Assembly (NCBI GenBank): GCA_947097085.1
Contig: CAMUQR010000001.1
Coordinates: 1 to 44,780, forward strand
Reading direction: 5' to 3'
Source of the DNA: an uncultured Candidatus Saccharibacteria bacterium
GTDB taxonomy: Bacteria > Patescibacteriota > Saccharimonadia > Saccharimonadales > Saccharimonadaceae
DNA: 44,780 bases
Of the stretch, positions 9,109-17,485 are shown piece by piece (the first letter of the stretch is position 1; each line of letters opens with the position of its first letter). A program made the position numbers and the translations under genes. The notes below the pieces were generated by a model, which was not told the DNA's origin, did no database searches, and saw only the letters and a program-made list of their open reading frames with translations.

Positions 9109-9143
9109 ACTAGTGAAAAAACATATATTATTATATCAAAAAC

Positions 9144-9232
9144 AAAAAAGTCAAATAGGGCGGGTAGGGCGAAAAACATAGAGTAGGGCATAAAATCAAA
9201 AAAATGCAAATCGTATTTAATCTGTGGAAAAC
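9144..9232 (+). promoter_or_regulatory. Operator/promoter-like module collinear with the mraZ promoter region
   Basis: It has the same four elements in the same order as 96-160: AAAAAAGTC (9144-9152), three G-rich boxes TAGGGC/GTAGGGC/GTAGGGC (9156-9189), a -10-like TAAAAT (9191-9196) and GTGGAAAAC (9224-9232). No convincing -35 and no downstream ORF. Confidence 0.3.
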
Positions 9233-9968
9233 TTTTGAATTAGGCATCAAATGTTGTAAAAAATGACATAAACTAATGGACTAAAACTGAACGTGTGGTA
9301 GTGGCAGAGTCATAGGCAGTGGCTGACTAGCTGAATAACTAACCGAGTGCGAGTTAATCAGTGGTAGATGATAATTAGAGTATGCGCCAGAGATGGTTAA
9401 TACTCGAGAAGTATGGAAACTCCCCTGGCAATTTTTTGATAAATCTGGGGCGGTTCATTGGTCTTAAGTAACTAGTTAGCTCAAATCCTGGTTCGAGCAT
9501 TCGATAATGGTCTTAATAAAATTGATTCTTGACTCCCTGCTGGGTTTTGACAGGGGTTTTGGGGTGATTTATGCTTGGGTACGGCTGGATGTTGAACCAT
9601 CTAGGGATCACTTCTTTAATGACATAAAATAAACATTGTGCGACATTACGATATAAACATAAACATGAATATACACTCATCTAAAATAAATCTCAAAACT
9701 AGCCTCATTGTTTAATATGCTCTAAAACGTGCTTTAGAGCCCCTATTTACGGCTCAGAACGACTTTTCGGTTCATTATGCTAATATTCACGTTATGTTGT
9801 ATATCAGCCTGATTTTGGCGGATTTATGATTATTTGGCAATTCAAGTTCAAGCTTCGCATATTGGCTGGATTGATGGTTTAAATAATTAATTATTTTGAC
9901 TATTAGTAATTAGCATGCGTGATTTGTAAAAAATCAATTAACACTAACTGAGATTTAAAAATATCATA

Positions 9969-10090
9969 AGTTCGGTTTTTGTTCAACGGGGATTGTGCGC
10001 TGAAAAATTGAAGGTAATTGGTGCCTCGCCTGCTCCGCTTCCGAAGCTGTAGATCTTGACGCAAAACCACCTCTGTTCGAACAGAGGTGG
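9969..10090. repeat. Right copy of the duplicated block (16-mer 9969-9984, 10-mer 10081-10090); the 10-mer is the right arm of the terminator palindrome
   Basis: Exact matches to 9071-9086 and 9099-9108. The two copies bracket about 0.9 kb of ORF-free AT-rich DNA. Confidence 0.7.
10061..10090 (-). terminator. Rho-independent terminator of the coupling-ATPase gene
   Basis: Perfect 24-bp palindrome CCACCTCTGTTCGAACAGAGGTGG (10067-10090), followed on the minus strand by TTTTG. It lies 8 nt downstream of the TAG stop. Confidence 0.75.
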
Positions 10091-10098
10091 GGAATTGA

Positions 10099-12822
10099 CT
10101 ATTTCGGCTGGTTTTTCGATTTATTGTGAGGCGGACGACGGCGTGGGCGTTTTTTAGCAGTAGTGCCAGCTGGATTCTGCCCTGTCGATGAACCGGTGTT
10201 GGTGTTAGGCGTGCCAAAGAGACTCTTGATTTCACTCAGGGCTTTTGGATTGAGGCGCTGGTAGCCACTATCGGAGGTATCGGTACCATCAGGAGCAGGT
10301 TCATGATCGGAAGGGCGCATCTTACGCAAATCAAGCTGATTATTTCCCCTGTTATCCCCTGTTGGTTGGTGTAATTTTTCTTGAAAACGCTGGCGACTTG
10401 GCGTGTCGAATTGTTCAGGAATCTTAATGACGCTAGCGATTTCATGCTCAACATCAGCTCGATTACGGCCGTAATGACGGCGACTGTGATCGATAATTTG
10501 GTCGAGATAATCAGCTGGTGGTTCAGGCAGATTGAGGGTCGAAGCCGAAAAGGCCGGTTGTTTTTCACCGTTAATAATCATGCTCATAATGAAATGACGG
10601 TTGTGCATATTGACTAAATCATTGACCTCGAACTGTGGTTCGAATTGTTTGACTAACAGTGGTGCATCATCGGCTGATACGCGGAAGGAAATCATTGAAC
10701 CGACGTTACCGAAGACCGCAGTGCGCACTTCATCGCTCATTTGAGCAATGTACTGGTTAGCGACTGTCAGGTTTAGAGCATATTTGCGCGCCTCAGATAG
10801 AATAGTGGCGAAAGAGTCGGTGGCGAAGTTCTGGAACTCGTCAACGTAGAGATAGAACGGACGACGATCGGCGATGTTCGGAATATCAGAACGACTCATG
10901 GCGGCGAGCTGAATCTTAGTCACTAAGAATGCTCCCAAGATACCAGCATTATCCTCGCCAATTAGACCTTTGGAGAGATTAACAACCAGGATTTTACCAT
11001 CATCCATCAGTTGGCGAATATTAAAGGTTGATTTTGGTTGGCCGATGATATTACGAATAATTGGGTTGGCGGTGAAGGCACCGACTTTGTTCAGGACTGG
11101 CGCAATAGCTTCAGTGGCGTATTTTTCATTCCAGCTAGCGAATTCTAGTTTCCAAAACTGCAAAATCACAGTGTCGGTGACGTAATTGAGGGTTTCTTTA
11201 CGGAACTCCTTATCAGTCAACATGCGGGTGATGTCGAGAATGGTTGTCTCTGGACGCTCCAGAAGCGCTAGGATGGTATAACGCAAGATATGCTCGAGGC
11301 GTGGACCCCAAGAGTTACCGAACATACGTTTGAGCACGCCTATTACCTCTGATGAAACTGTCAGGCGTTGGCTTGGGCTAGTAATTTCCAATGGGTTAAA
11401 ACCAAGCGGAAAAGCGGTATCAGCTGGGTTAAAATAGATTACGTCTTTAATTCGGCGCTCAGGGATGAAGCGTAAATTATTGATAGCAAAGTCGCCGTGC
11501 GGATCGATGATCGCATAGCCTTGATTGTGATAAATATCAGATAGAGCTAAGAGTTCCAGAGTACCAGATTTACCAGCGCCAGTCTGACCGATAATATAGA
11601 GGTGACGAGAACGATCCTTGCGTAACATGCCAAATTGATGTTTGACGCCTCGGAAATCGGTCATGCCAAAAGCTGAAATGGCGGGATTGGGAGCGGCATT
11701 AGGGTTGATAATTGGGAGCTTAGACGGTGGTTCGGCGGTTTTAGAAGATGCCCAAACGATATTAGGAGTTTCGACGTTAGTGTGCGGTAAGTGGTAAACA
11801 CTAGCAAGCTCTTCGATGTTTAAAATAAAACCCTCATCGCTAAAACTACGAGCTTGGTAGGCAGTAATTTTCTCGGGATCGAAGCTTGATTGTGACATCC
11901 GAAAACCGTTCAAATTGGTGCTGTTAAACTGCTTGAAGGTGCCGATAATCGACTGCATGCGCAAGCGAGCATGGTCTTCGTTACTACCGGCGTAAACAAT
12001 ACGAATTTTAACTTTGAAGCCAAGTTTGGCAGCTTTTTTCTCAGCTTCCGAGACTTGGAGTTTTTCGCGCTCGGAGAGCTCGGGTTTGTCGGGTTTTTCG
12101 CCAGCTTCGGGTGGCTTGGCAAGCGCGCCCAGGGCGGTCAAAAACCATTTAGCGTCAAGGGCAAATTTAGCCTTTTTATCAGTGATATTGTCTTTGACCC
12201 ATTTTTCAGAATCTTTATGCCAGGAGTCGGCAATTGGACGAATTAGAATCTGAATCCATAATTCCTCGTCGGCATCTTCGAGTTTAGCTAAAGTTCCAGT
12301 AATGCCAGCCAAGGGGTCAACCTCGAAGCCATTAAAAGTACGAATTGGCAAAAATTCGGATTCCTTGAGGTCAACTTCAGCGGTGTGGACTACTGGCTTG
12401 CGGACATTGAGTGAATAATCATAATCGGCGGTTTTAATTTGAACGCTAGGATATTGAGCGTAAATCTGACCTTCAACGAAATTACGTAAAGTTTTTGGCA
12501 GGCATAGATAAAACATGATCTGCCCGTTAACAGTGGCGATTTCGAAGCTGAGGTGTTCTTGAGGCACGCCACTCTCAATCAAGCTGGCGTCACGCAAAAT
12601 ACCGTGCAAGCTGGCGAATAACTGTTCAGCGGCAAGTTCGGATTTGTCGTTGGTTTTGGGGATTTCGAGAATCAACAGTGTGCTTTCGGCTGATGATTCG
12701 ATGGTCTGGATTTCAAGCTTTTGGTAGTTGCGCCAGGTTAAATAGAGTAACAGAGTAACGGTTGGCATCCATACGTACCAACTCAAGATGAATTTTATGA
12801 AGCTGGAAATCATTTCTAACAT
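10099..12822 (-). CDS. Membrane-anchored TraD/VirD4-like (type IV coupling protein-like, FtsK/HerA-superfamily) ATPase with a large uncharacterised N-terminal domain and a basic tail
   Basis: 907-aa ORF with an N-terminal TM helix. Motifs are Walker A 'GQTGAGKSGT', 'IIDPHGDF', Walker B-like 'FYLYVDEFQNFAT' and 'TVANQYIAQM', typical of TraG/TraD C-terminal modules. About 400 N-terminal residues have no family I recognise. Confidence 0.7.
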   Translation of the reverse strand: MLEMISSFIKFILSWYVWMPTVTLLLYLTWRNYQKLEIQTIESSAESTLLILEIPKTNDKSELAAEQLFASLHGILRDASLIESGVPQEHLSFEIATVNGQIMFYLCLPKTLRNFVEGQIYAQYPSVQIKTADYDYSLNVRKPVVHTAEVDLKESEFLPIRTFNGFEVDPLAGITGTLAKLEDADEELWIQILIRPIADSWHKDSEKWVKDNITDKKAKFALDAKWFLTALGALAKPPEAGEKPDKPELSEREKLQVSEAEKKAAKLGFKVKIRIVYAGSNEDHARLRMQSIIGTFKQFNSTNLNGFRMSQSSFDPEKITAYQARSFSDEGFILNIEELASVYHLPHTNVETPNIVWASSKTAEPPSKLPIINPNAAPNPAISAFGMTDFRGVKHQFGMLRKDRSRHLYIIGQTGAGKSGTLELLALSDIYHNQGYAIIDPHGDFAINNLRFIPERRIKDVIYFNPADTAFPLGFNPLEITSPSQRLTVSSEVIGVLKRMFGNSWGPRLEHILRYTILALLERPETTILDITRMLTDKEFRKETLNYVTDTVILQFWKLEFASWNEKYATEAIAPVLNKVGAFTANPIIRNIIGQPKSTFNIRQLMDDGKILVVNLSKGLIGEDNAGILGAFLVTKIQLAAMSRSDIPNIADRRPFYLYVDEFQNFATDSFATILSEARKYALNLTVANQYIAQMSDEVRTAVFGNVGSMISFRVSADDAPLLVKQFEPQFEVNDLVNMHNRHFIMSMIINGEKQPAFSASTLNLPEPPADYLDQIIDHSRRHYGRNRADVEHEIASVIKIPEQFDTPSRQRFQEKLHQPTGDNRGNNQLDLRKMRPSDHEPAPDGTDTSDSGYQRLNPKALSEIKSLFGTPNTNTGSSTGQNPAGTTAKKRPRRRPPHNKSKNQPK

Positions 12823-12946
12823 AACCGTATTATCTCATATTTTACTGAAAAACTCAATCGTGCCTCGAGTGTGTTAAGCGGACTGGTGAGCGACGCAACT
12901 CCCCTACTCTTTTTGTGTGAAAAATAGTGTTCGCTTAATAAATTAT

Positions 12947-13999
12947 TTAGGATTTAGGCACGAAGTCGTAAGTTGCCTTAGCGACGCGTTTGAACTCGGG
13001 GCGCGCTTGTAGATTTAATAACACGGTGGTTTCTTTGACTTTGCGTCGTTTGAGGACTTGTTTAACGATATCGTCACGATACATTGGCTGACCGTTTTGT
13101 TTGATGACATCAGCGATAATATCTGCTACAGTGCCTTTTTTATAACCCCACTCATTAAGTGCATAAATCCCCCGCCCGATTAGCACGAAGCGTTTGTCTT
13201 TGATAAGTTCGTTGTGAATGGCCTGTTTGGTGACGTCTTTGCGTTTAAAATTGCTACTCGCAATCTGGCTAGCAATATCCGAAAAATGCATCGGCTGACC
13301 GTTTTGCTTCAAGACAACGTAAATTTTGTCTTTGATATTGCGAGGGTTAACATTCGGGTCGGTCGCCATACCCCAGAGATCATTAAGGGTAGCGAGTTTT
13401 TTCGAAACTGTCGCTAAAGCGAGAATCTGCTTCGGATGGTTGTAATCAAGTTTAGCGTCAAGTTCATTAAGACTGAGGGGTTGTTTGTTGGTTTTGATTA
13501 ATTTAACAATTTCGTCAATTTGTTTGCGGTAGGTTTTAGCGTCGCCAAATTCAGCAATAGCAATTGCCTGGGCGTAAGAGTCGTTTTCGTCGATTAAGAC
13601 GAGTTTGTTGCTAACTTCAGCGATAAAAGCCACCGTTAAATCATCGCGCGTATCGAGCTGGTCGGCGAAGATATTCTTGGTCAGAGTTTTGGTCATGAGG
13701 ATATTGCCGTTTTCGGTCAGTTGGCGAACAACGAGTTTTTCAAAAGCTGGCAAGTTGGCAATTTTGCCATCGTCAGCGGCGATTTTCAAACGAATCAAGA
13801 TAGCTTTTTCGAGCTGGCGGACGCGCTCACGAGTGATACCCAAAAACTCGCCGATTTGTTCGAGAGTTTCGGTTTTGCCGTCCAGACCGAAGCGTCGGGT
13901 AATAATCTGCCGTTCGCGATCTTGTTCTAAATAGCTTAGAAGATCATTAATGACGTCTGTTAAAATTTGATGCTCGGCCGATGTTTGTTTGCCAGTCAT
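12947..13999 (-). CDS. Sigma-70 region-4 HTH protein fused to two C-terminal HARE-HTH-like domains (not a complete sigma factor)
   Basis: 'ITRRFGLDGKTETLEQIGEFLGITRERVRQLEKAILIRLK' is a canonical sigma region 4, and no region 2 or 3 is present. Two repeats, 'LKQNGQPMHFSDIA...DKRFVLIGRGIYALNEWGY' and 'IKQNGQPMYRDDIV...', resemble the HARE-HTH of the RNAP delta subunit. Confidence 0.65.
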   Translation of the reverse strand: MTGKQTSAEHQILTDVINDLLSYLEQDRERQIITRRFGLDGKTETLEQIGEFLGITRERVRQLEKAILIRLKIAADDGKIANLPAFEKLVVRQLTENGNILMTKTLTKNIFADQLDTRDDLTVAFIAEVSNKLVLIDENDSYAQAIAIAEFGDAKTYRKQIDEIVKLIKTNKQPLSLNELDAKLDYNHPKQILALATVSKKLATLNDLWGMATDPNVNPRNIKDKIYVVLKQNGQPMHFSDIASQIASSNFKRKDVTKQAIHNELIKDKRFVLIGRGIYALNEWGYKKGTVADIIADVIKQNGQPMYRDDIVKQVLKRRKVKETTVLLNLQARPEFKRVAKATYDFVPKS

Positions 14000-14203
14000 G
14001 TATTAATTTTTCCTTTCGTTTGACGAGTGCCAGCGATATGGTGGCACGGTTTAAAATTTGTTAAATTATTATCTTATATATAATTATACCATAAAATAGA
14101 CTTTTTCAACATAAAATGTTGTAAAAATAGCAAAAAACCAACGGTAGGTTGTGGCGATGGTTTTAAAGAGTGGATATGGTATGAGACAAGACGCTTACGA
14201 GTG

Positions 14204-14233
14204 AAGCAAAACAGCTCACTTGACGTGAGCTGT
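14204..14233 (-). terminator. Rho-independent terminator of topA
   Basis: 9-bp stem ACAGCTCAC/GTGAGCTGT (14211-14219/14225-14233) with a 5-nt loop, followed on the minus strand by TTTTGCTT. Confidence 0.7.
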
Positions 14234-14253
14234 CGTGTTCTGGAGATTGAAAC

Positions 14254-16617
14254 TTAAGTGGATTTTTTAGTGCGTTTGGTGGTTTTTGTGGCGGTTTTAG
14301 CTTTGGCGGTCTTTTTGGCAGTAGTTTTAGCTTTTGCTGGCGCTTTTTTAGCAGTTTTAGCTGGCTTGCCGGTATTTGCGAGAATATCGAGGGCTTGTTC
14401 TTTAGTTAGCGTATGCGGATCGGTGTCTTTAGGGATTTTGGCATTAGCTTTGCCATCGGTGACGTAAGGACCGAAGCGACCATTCAAGACTTTCACTTCG
14501 CCAAAATCGGCGATGTTTTTTTGAGTTTCTTGGGCAACTTTTTCTTGGTAGAATTGGCGCGCGGTCTCGAGGTCAATCATCAGTGGATCATGATGCTTAA
14601 TACTGACAAAAGTCGAGCCAACTTTAATATACGGGCCGAAGCGACCAATATTCGCTAAAATTTCTTGACCATCGGCCGTTTGACCGACGATACGGGGCAG
14701 TTTGAACATTTCCAGCGCCTGTTCGAGCGTGACGGTGTTGAGACTGGTGTTAAATGGCATCGGTGCGAATTGTGGCTTGCTGTCGTCATCGCTTTTGCCG
14801 AGCTGAATCATTGGACCGAAGCGACCTAATTTAGCAAAAACCGGTAGTTTAGTCTTCGGATCAATACCGAGCTCGCGCTCCATCGAAATCTCGGAACGCT
14901 TAATTCCGCCGGACTGTTCGATCAACTGATGAAATGGCTCATAAAAACCACGGAGCATTTTAACTTTATCAAGCTGACCATGCGCGATTTGGTCGAATTC
15001 AGTTTCGACCTTAGCGGTGAAGTCATAGTCGACCACCTGATCAAAATGACCCGTCAAAAAAGTATTAAGCAATTCGCCAATCGGCTGTGGGATAAGTTTA
15101 CCTTTATCGGAACCGGTTTTTTCAGTGACGGTGCTAGTGGTGACTTGGTTATTAGCTAAAGTCAACAAAATCACCTCGCGTGGCTGACCTTCGGTTTGAC
15201 CTTTGGAGACATAACCGCGCGTAACGATAGTATCAAGAATTGTGGCATAGGTTGATGGTCGACCAATGCCTAATTCCTCGAGTTTTTTCACCAAACTACC
15301 TTCGGTGTAGCGAGCTGGCGGTTTTTTGAAAGTTTGGCGGGCTTCAGCGGTGATGAGCTCTACTTGGTCGTTAATTTGCAAATCTGGCAATGGCTGATCG
15401 GTCGATAAATTCTCATATAATGCCAAAAAACCTGGAAATGTCACTACTTCGCCTTGCGCTATAAAAGTGGTACCGGCTGGGTTGGCAGTGATAGTAGCAG
15501 TGGTTTTTTTGAGTTGAGCGGACGCCATTTGACTGGCTAAGGTGCGCTTACGAATTAAGTCATAGAGCTTTTTCTCTTGAGCGCTGGAGCCAGCAGATTC
15601 AACCGCTAAATTAGTCGGTCGAATAGCCTCGTGGGCTTCTTGAGCGCTAGCCGATTTGGTAGCGAAATTGCGAGCTTTGTGATATTTTTCACCATAAGTA
15701 GTGGTGATGTAATCACGGGCTGACGCAATAATTTGTTTCGATAACACCGTTGAGTCGGTTCGCATATAGGTGATTTTACCGGCTTGATAGAGCTTCTGAG
15801 CGGCTGACATGGTTTGTTTGGAACTAAAACCAAGCTTACTGTTGGCTTCTTGTTGCAAAGTCGAAGTCGTAAATGGTGCTCGTGGATTGCGTTCGGCATC
15901 GCTAGCTTTAATCTCGCTGACGATGAACTGGTTATTGATTAAGCCTTCTAAAATCTGTTGGGCTTCAGCTTGATCCGTCGCGCGAGTTTTGACTTCGGCT
16001 TTAAAATCAGTGCCATTAGTTTGGAATTGCCCGGTAATCTTATAATCAGCTTGCGCACTAAAATCACGAATCTCCTGCTCACGTTCGACCACGAGACGGA
16101 CAGCTGGCGACTGAACACGACCGGCGCTTTTGCCACCTGGCACTTTGCGCCAGACAACTGGCGACAGTTCAAAACCAACCAAGCGGTCGAGAATCTGTCG
16201 AGCTTGTTGAGCTTTAACTAACTGCATATCAATGGTGCGCGGATTGGCAATTGCTGATTCTAATGCGCTCTTGGTGATTTCATGAAAAACAATTCGCTTG
16301 GTGGTTTTGGGGTCGAGATTTAACACTTCGGTTAAATGCCAAGCGATCGCCTCCCCTTCGCGGTCTTCATCGGTTGCGAGCCAAACAGTTTCGGCTTGTT
16401 TGACTGATTTTTTAAGCTCGGTGATGACTTTTTTCTTGTCAGGATCAATTTCATAAATTGTTTTAAAATCATTTTTGATGTCGATTGGCGGAGTTTTACT
16501 TTTGACCGGAATGGAGCGGATATGACCAACACTGGAGAGTACTGTAAAATCTTTACCGAGATATTTCTCGATGGTTTTGGCCTTGGCAGGGCTCTCAACG
16601 ATCACTAGATTCTTCAT
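14254..16617 (-). CDS. topA: DNA topoisomerase I with non-zinc C-terminal repeats and a Lys/Ala/Thr-rich tail
   Basis: 787-aa ORF with Toprim 'LVIVESPAKAKTIEKYLG' and the active-site 'ITYMRTDS'. It has three 'GRFGP(M/Y)' C-terminal repeats, as in actinobacterial-type TopA, and a terminal KAKT-rich tail. Confidence 0.95.
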   Translation of the reverse strand: MKNLVIVESPAKAKTIEKYLGKDFTVLSSVGHIRSIPVKSKTPPIDIKNDFKTIYEIDPDKKKVITELKKSVKQAETVWLATDEDREGEAIAWHLTEVLNLDPKTTKRIVFHEITKSALESAIANPRTIDMQLVKAQQARQILDRLVGFELSPVVWRKVPGGKSAGRVQSPAVRLVVEREQEIRDFSAQADYKITGQFQTNGTDFKAEVKTRATDQAEAQQILEGLINNQFIVSEIKASDAERNPRAPFTTSTLQQEANSKLGFSSKQTMSAAQKLYQAGKITYMRTDSTVLSKQIIASARDYITTTYGEKYHKARNFATKSASAQEAHEAIRPTNLAVESAGSSAQEKKLYDLIRKRTLASQMASAQLKKTTATITANPAGTTFIAQGEVVTFPGFLALYENLSTDQPLPDLQINDQVELITAEARQTFKKPPARYTEGSLVKKLEELGIGRPSTYATILDTIVTRGYVSKGQTEGQPREVILLTLANNQVTTSTVTEKTGSDKGKLIPQPIGELLNTFLTGHFDQVVDYDFTAKVETEFDQIAHGQLDKVKMLRGFYEPFHQLIEQSGGIKRSEISMERELGIDPKTKLPVFAKLGRFGPMIQLGKSDDDSKPQFAPMPFNTSLNTVTLEQALEMFKLPRIVGQTADGQEILANIGRFGPYIKVGSTFVSIKHHDPLMIDLETARQFYQEKVAQETQKNIADFGEVKVLNGRFGPYVTDGKANAKIPKDTDPHTLTKEQALDILANTGKPAKTAKKAPAKAKTTAKKTAKAKTATKTTKRTKKST

Positions 16618-16657
16618 TTAAATAAGTATAAAGCTTTTACGGCAAAATGGCAAATTG

Positions 16658-16685
16658 TTGACAGTGTGTTTTTGTTTGGTATAAT
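16658..16685 (+). promoter_or_regulatory. Near-consensus sigma-70 promoter: TTGACA, 16-nt spacer, TATAAT with extended -10 TGG
   Basis: TTGACA at 16658-16663 and TGGTATAAT at 16677-16685. It lies directly upstream of the plus-strand 124-aa ORF. Confidence 0.7.
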
Positions 16686-16746
16686 CATAAGCGTGATTTG
16701 CTAGTTTTTACAAATAAAATTTAGATCTTTACAAAGTTGAAAGGAA

Positions 16747-17121
16747 GTGATTGATTTGAATAAAATCAAGAGAAGATTTTTAAATGTGGTGTTTGCTTTA
16801 ATGATTTCATTGCCTATATCTGCTGTTTCGGCTTATGCCGAAGGTGGGACAATCTATGACTTCACAACTGCTAGCGCCGTAATGGGAGTTTGGATTAAAG
16901 TAAAGGATGGTGATTCTGGATGGGCGAATTTTTCACAGTCGTCAACTGGCGTCTATTATTGGGATTATAATGCTAAGGGTAAAGAATGGAGGGCACATAT
17001 AGGATTAGGTCATAATAAAAAATGGCTAAAAACTGTCTACAGTGATTGGGTTACTGGTAATGCGGATATTTCTATGTACTGGGATTATCGTAACCCTCAT
17101 GTTGACACTTCTCCGTTTTAA
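16747..17121 (+). CDS. Small secreted Trp/Tyr-rich protein of unknown function
   Basis: Signal-peptide-like N-terminus (KRRFLNVVFALMISLPISAVSAYA/EGG), its own strong promoter and an AGGAAG RBS. The start is ambiguous (GTG 16747 or in-frame TTG 16756). It is AT-richer than the flanking genes. No family recognised. Confidence 0.55.
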   Translation: MIDLNKIKRRFLNVVFALMISLPISAVSAYAEGGTIYDFTTASAVMGVWIKVKDGDSGWANFSQSSTGVYYWDYNAKGKEWRAHIGLGHNKKWLKTVYSDWVTGNADISMYWDYRNPHVDTSPF

Positions 17122-17206
17122 TATTAAAACTTGAACTTGAATAAAAAGTAAATCACAAATCCTGAGCAAGATTTAAAACTGCTTATTCTAACAAAAGGAG
17201 CGTAAA

Positions 17207-17464
17207 ATGCAACAAGCTAAGCAAAAAATTTGTATCAAAGATATCATTTTATTGTTACTAGTAATGGCTAGCGTGGGGTTGAGTATTTTTGTCCTCTATA
17301 ATACTCAGCAAAAACAACAAGATTTAGATAAGAAATTTGAAGAATTTCGAGTAGAAATTAAACGCAGTAGCGTGTTACATAGCAAACAGATCAAACAGCT
17401 TGAGAAAAAAACCGGTCTGCCTGGACTAAGTCAAAAAGAGTTAGACTTGATTAACGGTCGCTAA
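17207..17464 (+). CDS. Small N-terminally membrane-anchored coiled-coil protein of unknown function
   Basis: 85-aa ORF with AAGGAG RBS 7 nt upstream. One TM helix (IILLLLVMASVGLSIFVLY) is followed by a charged helical region and then a terminator. Confidence 0.5.
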   Translation: MQQAKQKICIKDIILLLLVMASVGLSIFVLYNTQQKQQDLDKKFEEFRVEIKRSSVLHSKQIKQLEKKTGLPGLSQKELDLINGR

Positions 17465-17485
17465 AAACTATTTGTTGAGTTTAAA

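Noticed and set aside
9364-9391. dif-like XerC/D site at the strand-switch point (reverse complement CTGGCGCATAC-TCTAAT-TATCATCTACC)
   Set aside because: Only the XerC-arm half resembles GGTGCGCATAA. The XerD arm matches poorly and there is no inverted symmetry. A terminus cannot be called from one 44-kb window.
9653-9666. Short tandem ATAAAC repeat and other small repeats in the gap (TGGTCTTAA at 9459 and 9507) as a possible CRISPR or satellite array
   Set aside because: There are only two copies each, with no regular repeat-spacer periodicity and no cas genes. This is low-complexity AT-rich sequence.
9903-10235. 110-aa minus-strand ORF at the edge of the gap
   Set aside because: It overlaps the 3' end of the coupling-ATPase gene in another frame and reads through that gene's terminator palindrome. 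It has no RBS and a low-complexity, Arg-rich translation.
11971-12253. Overlapping plus-strand ORFs (91 and 79 aa) antisense to the coupling-ATPase gene, and similar shadow ORFs in topA (14258-14467, 15958-16221), der, gltX and the ABC genes
   Set aside because: These are typical antisense shadow ORFs inside long, well-supported genes. Their translations are low complexity, and they have no RBS or promoter.
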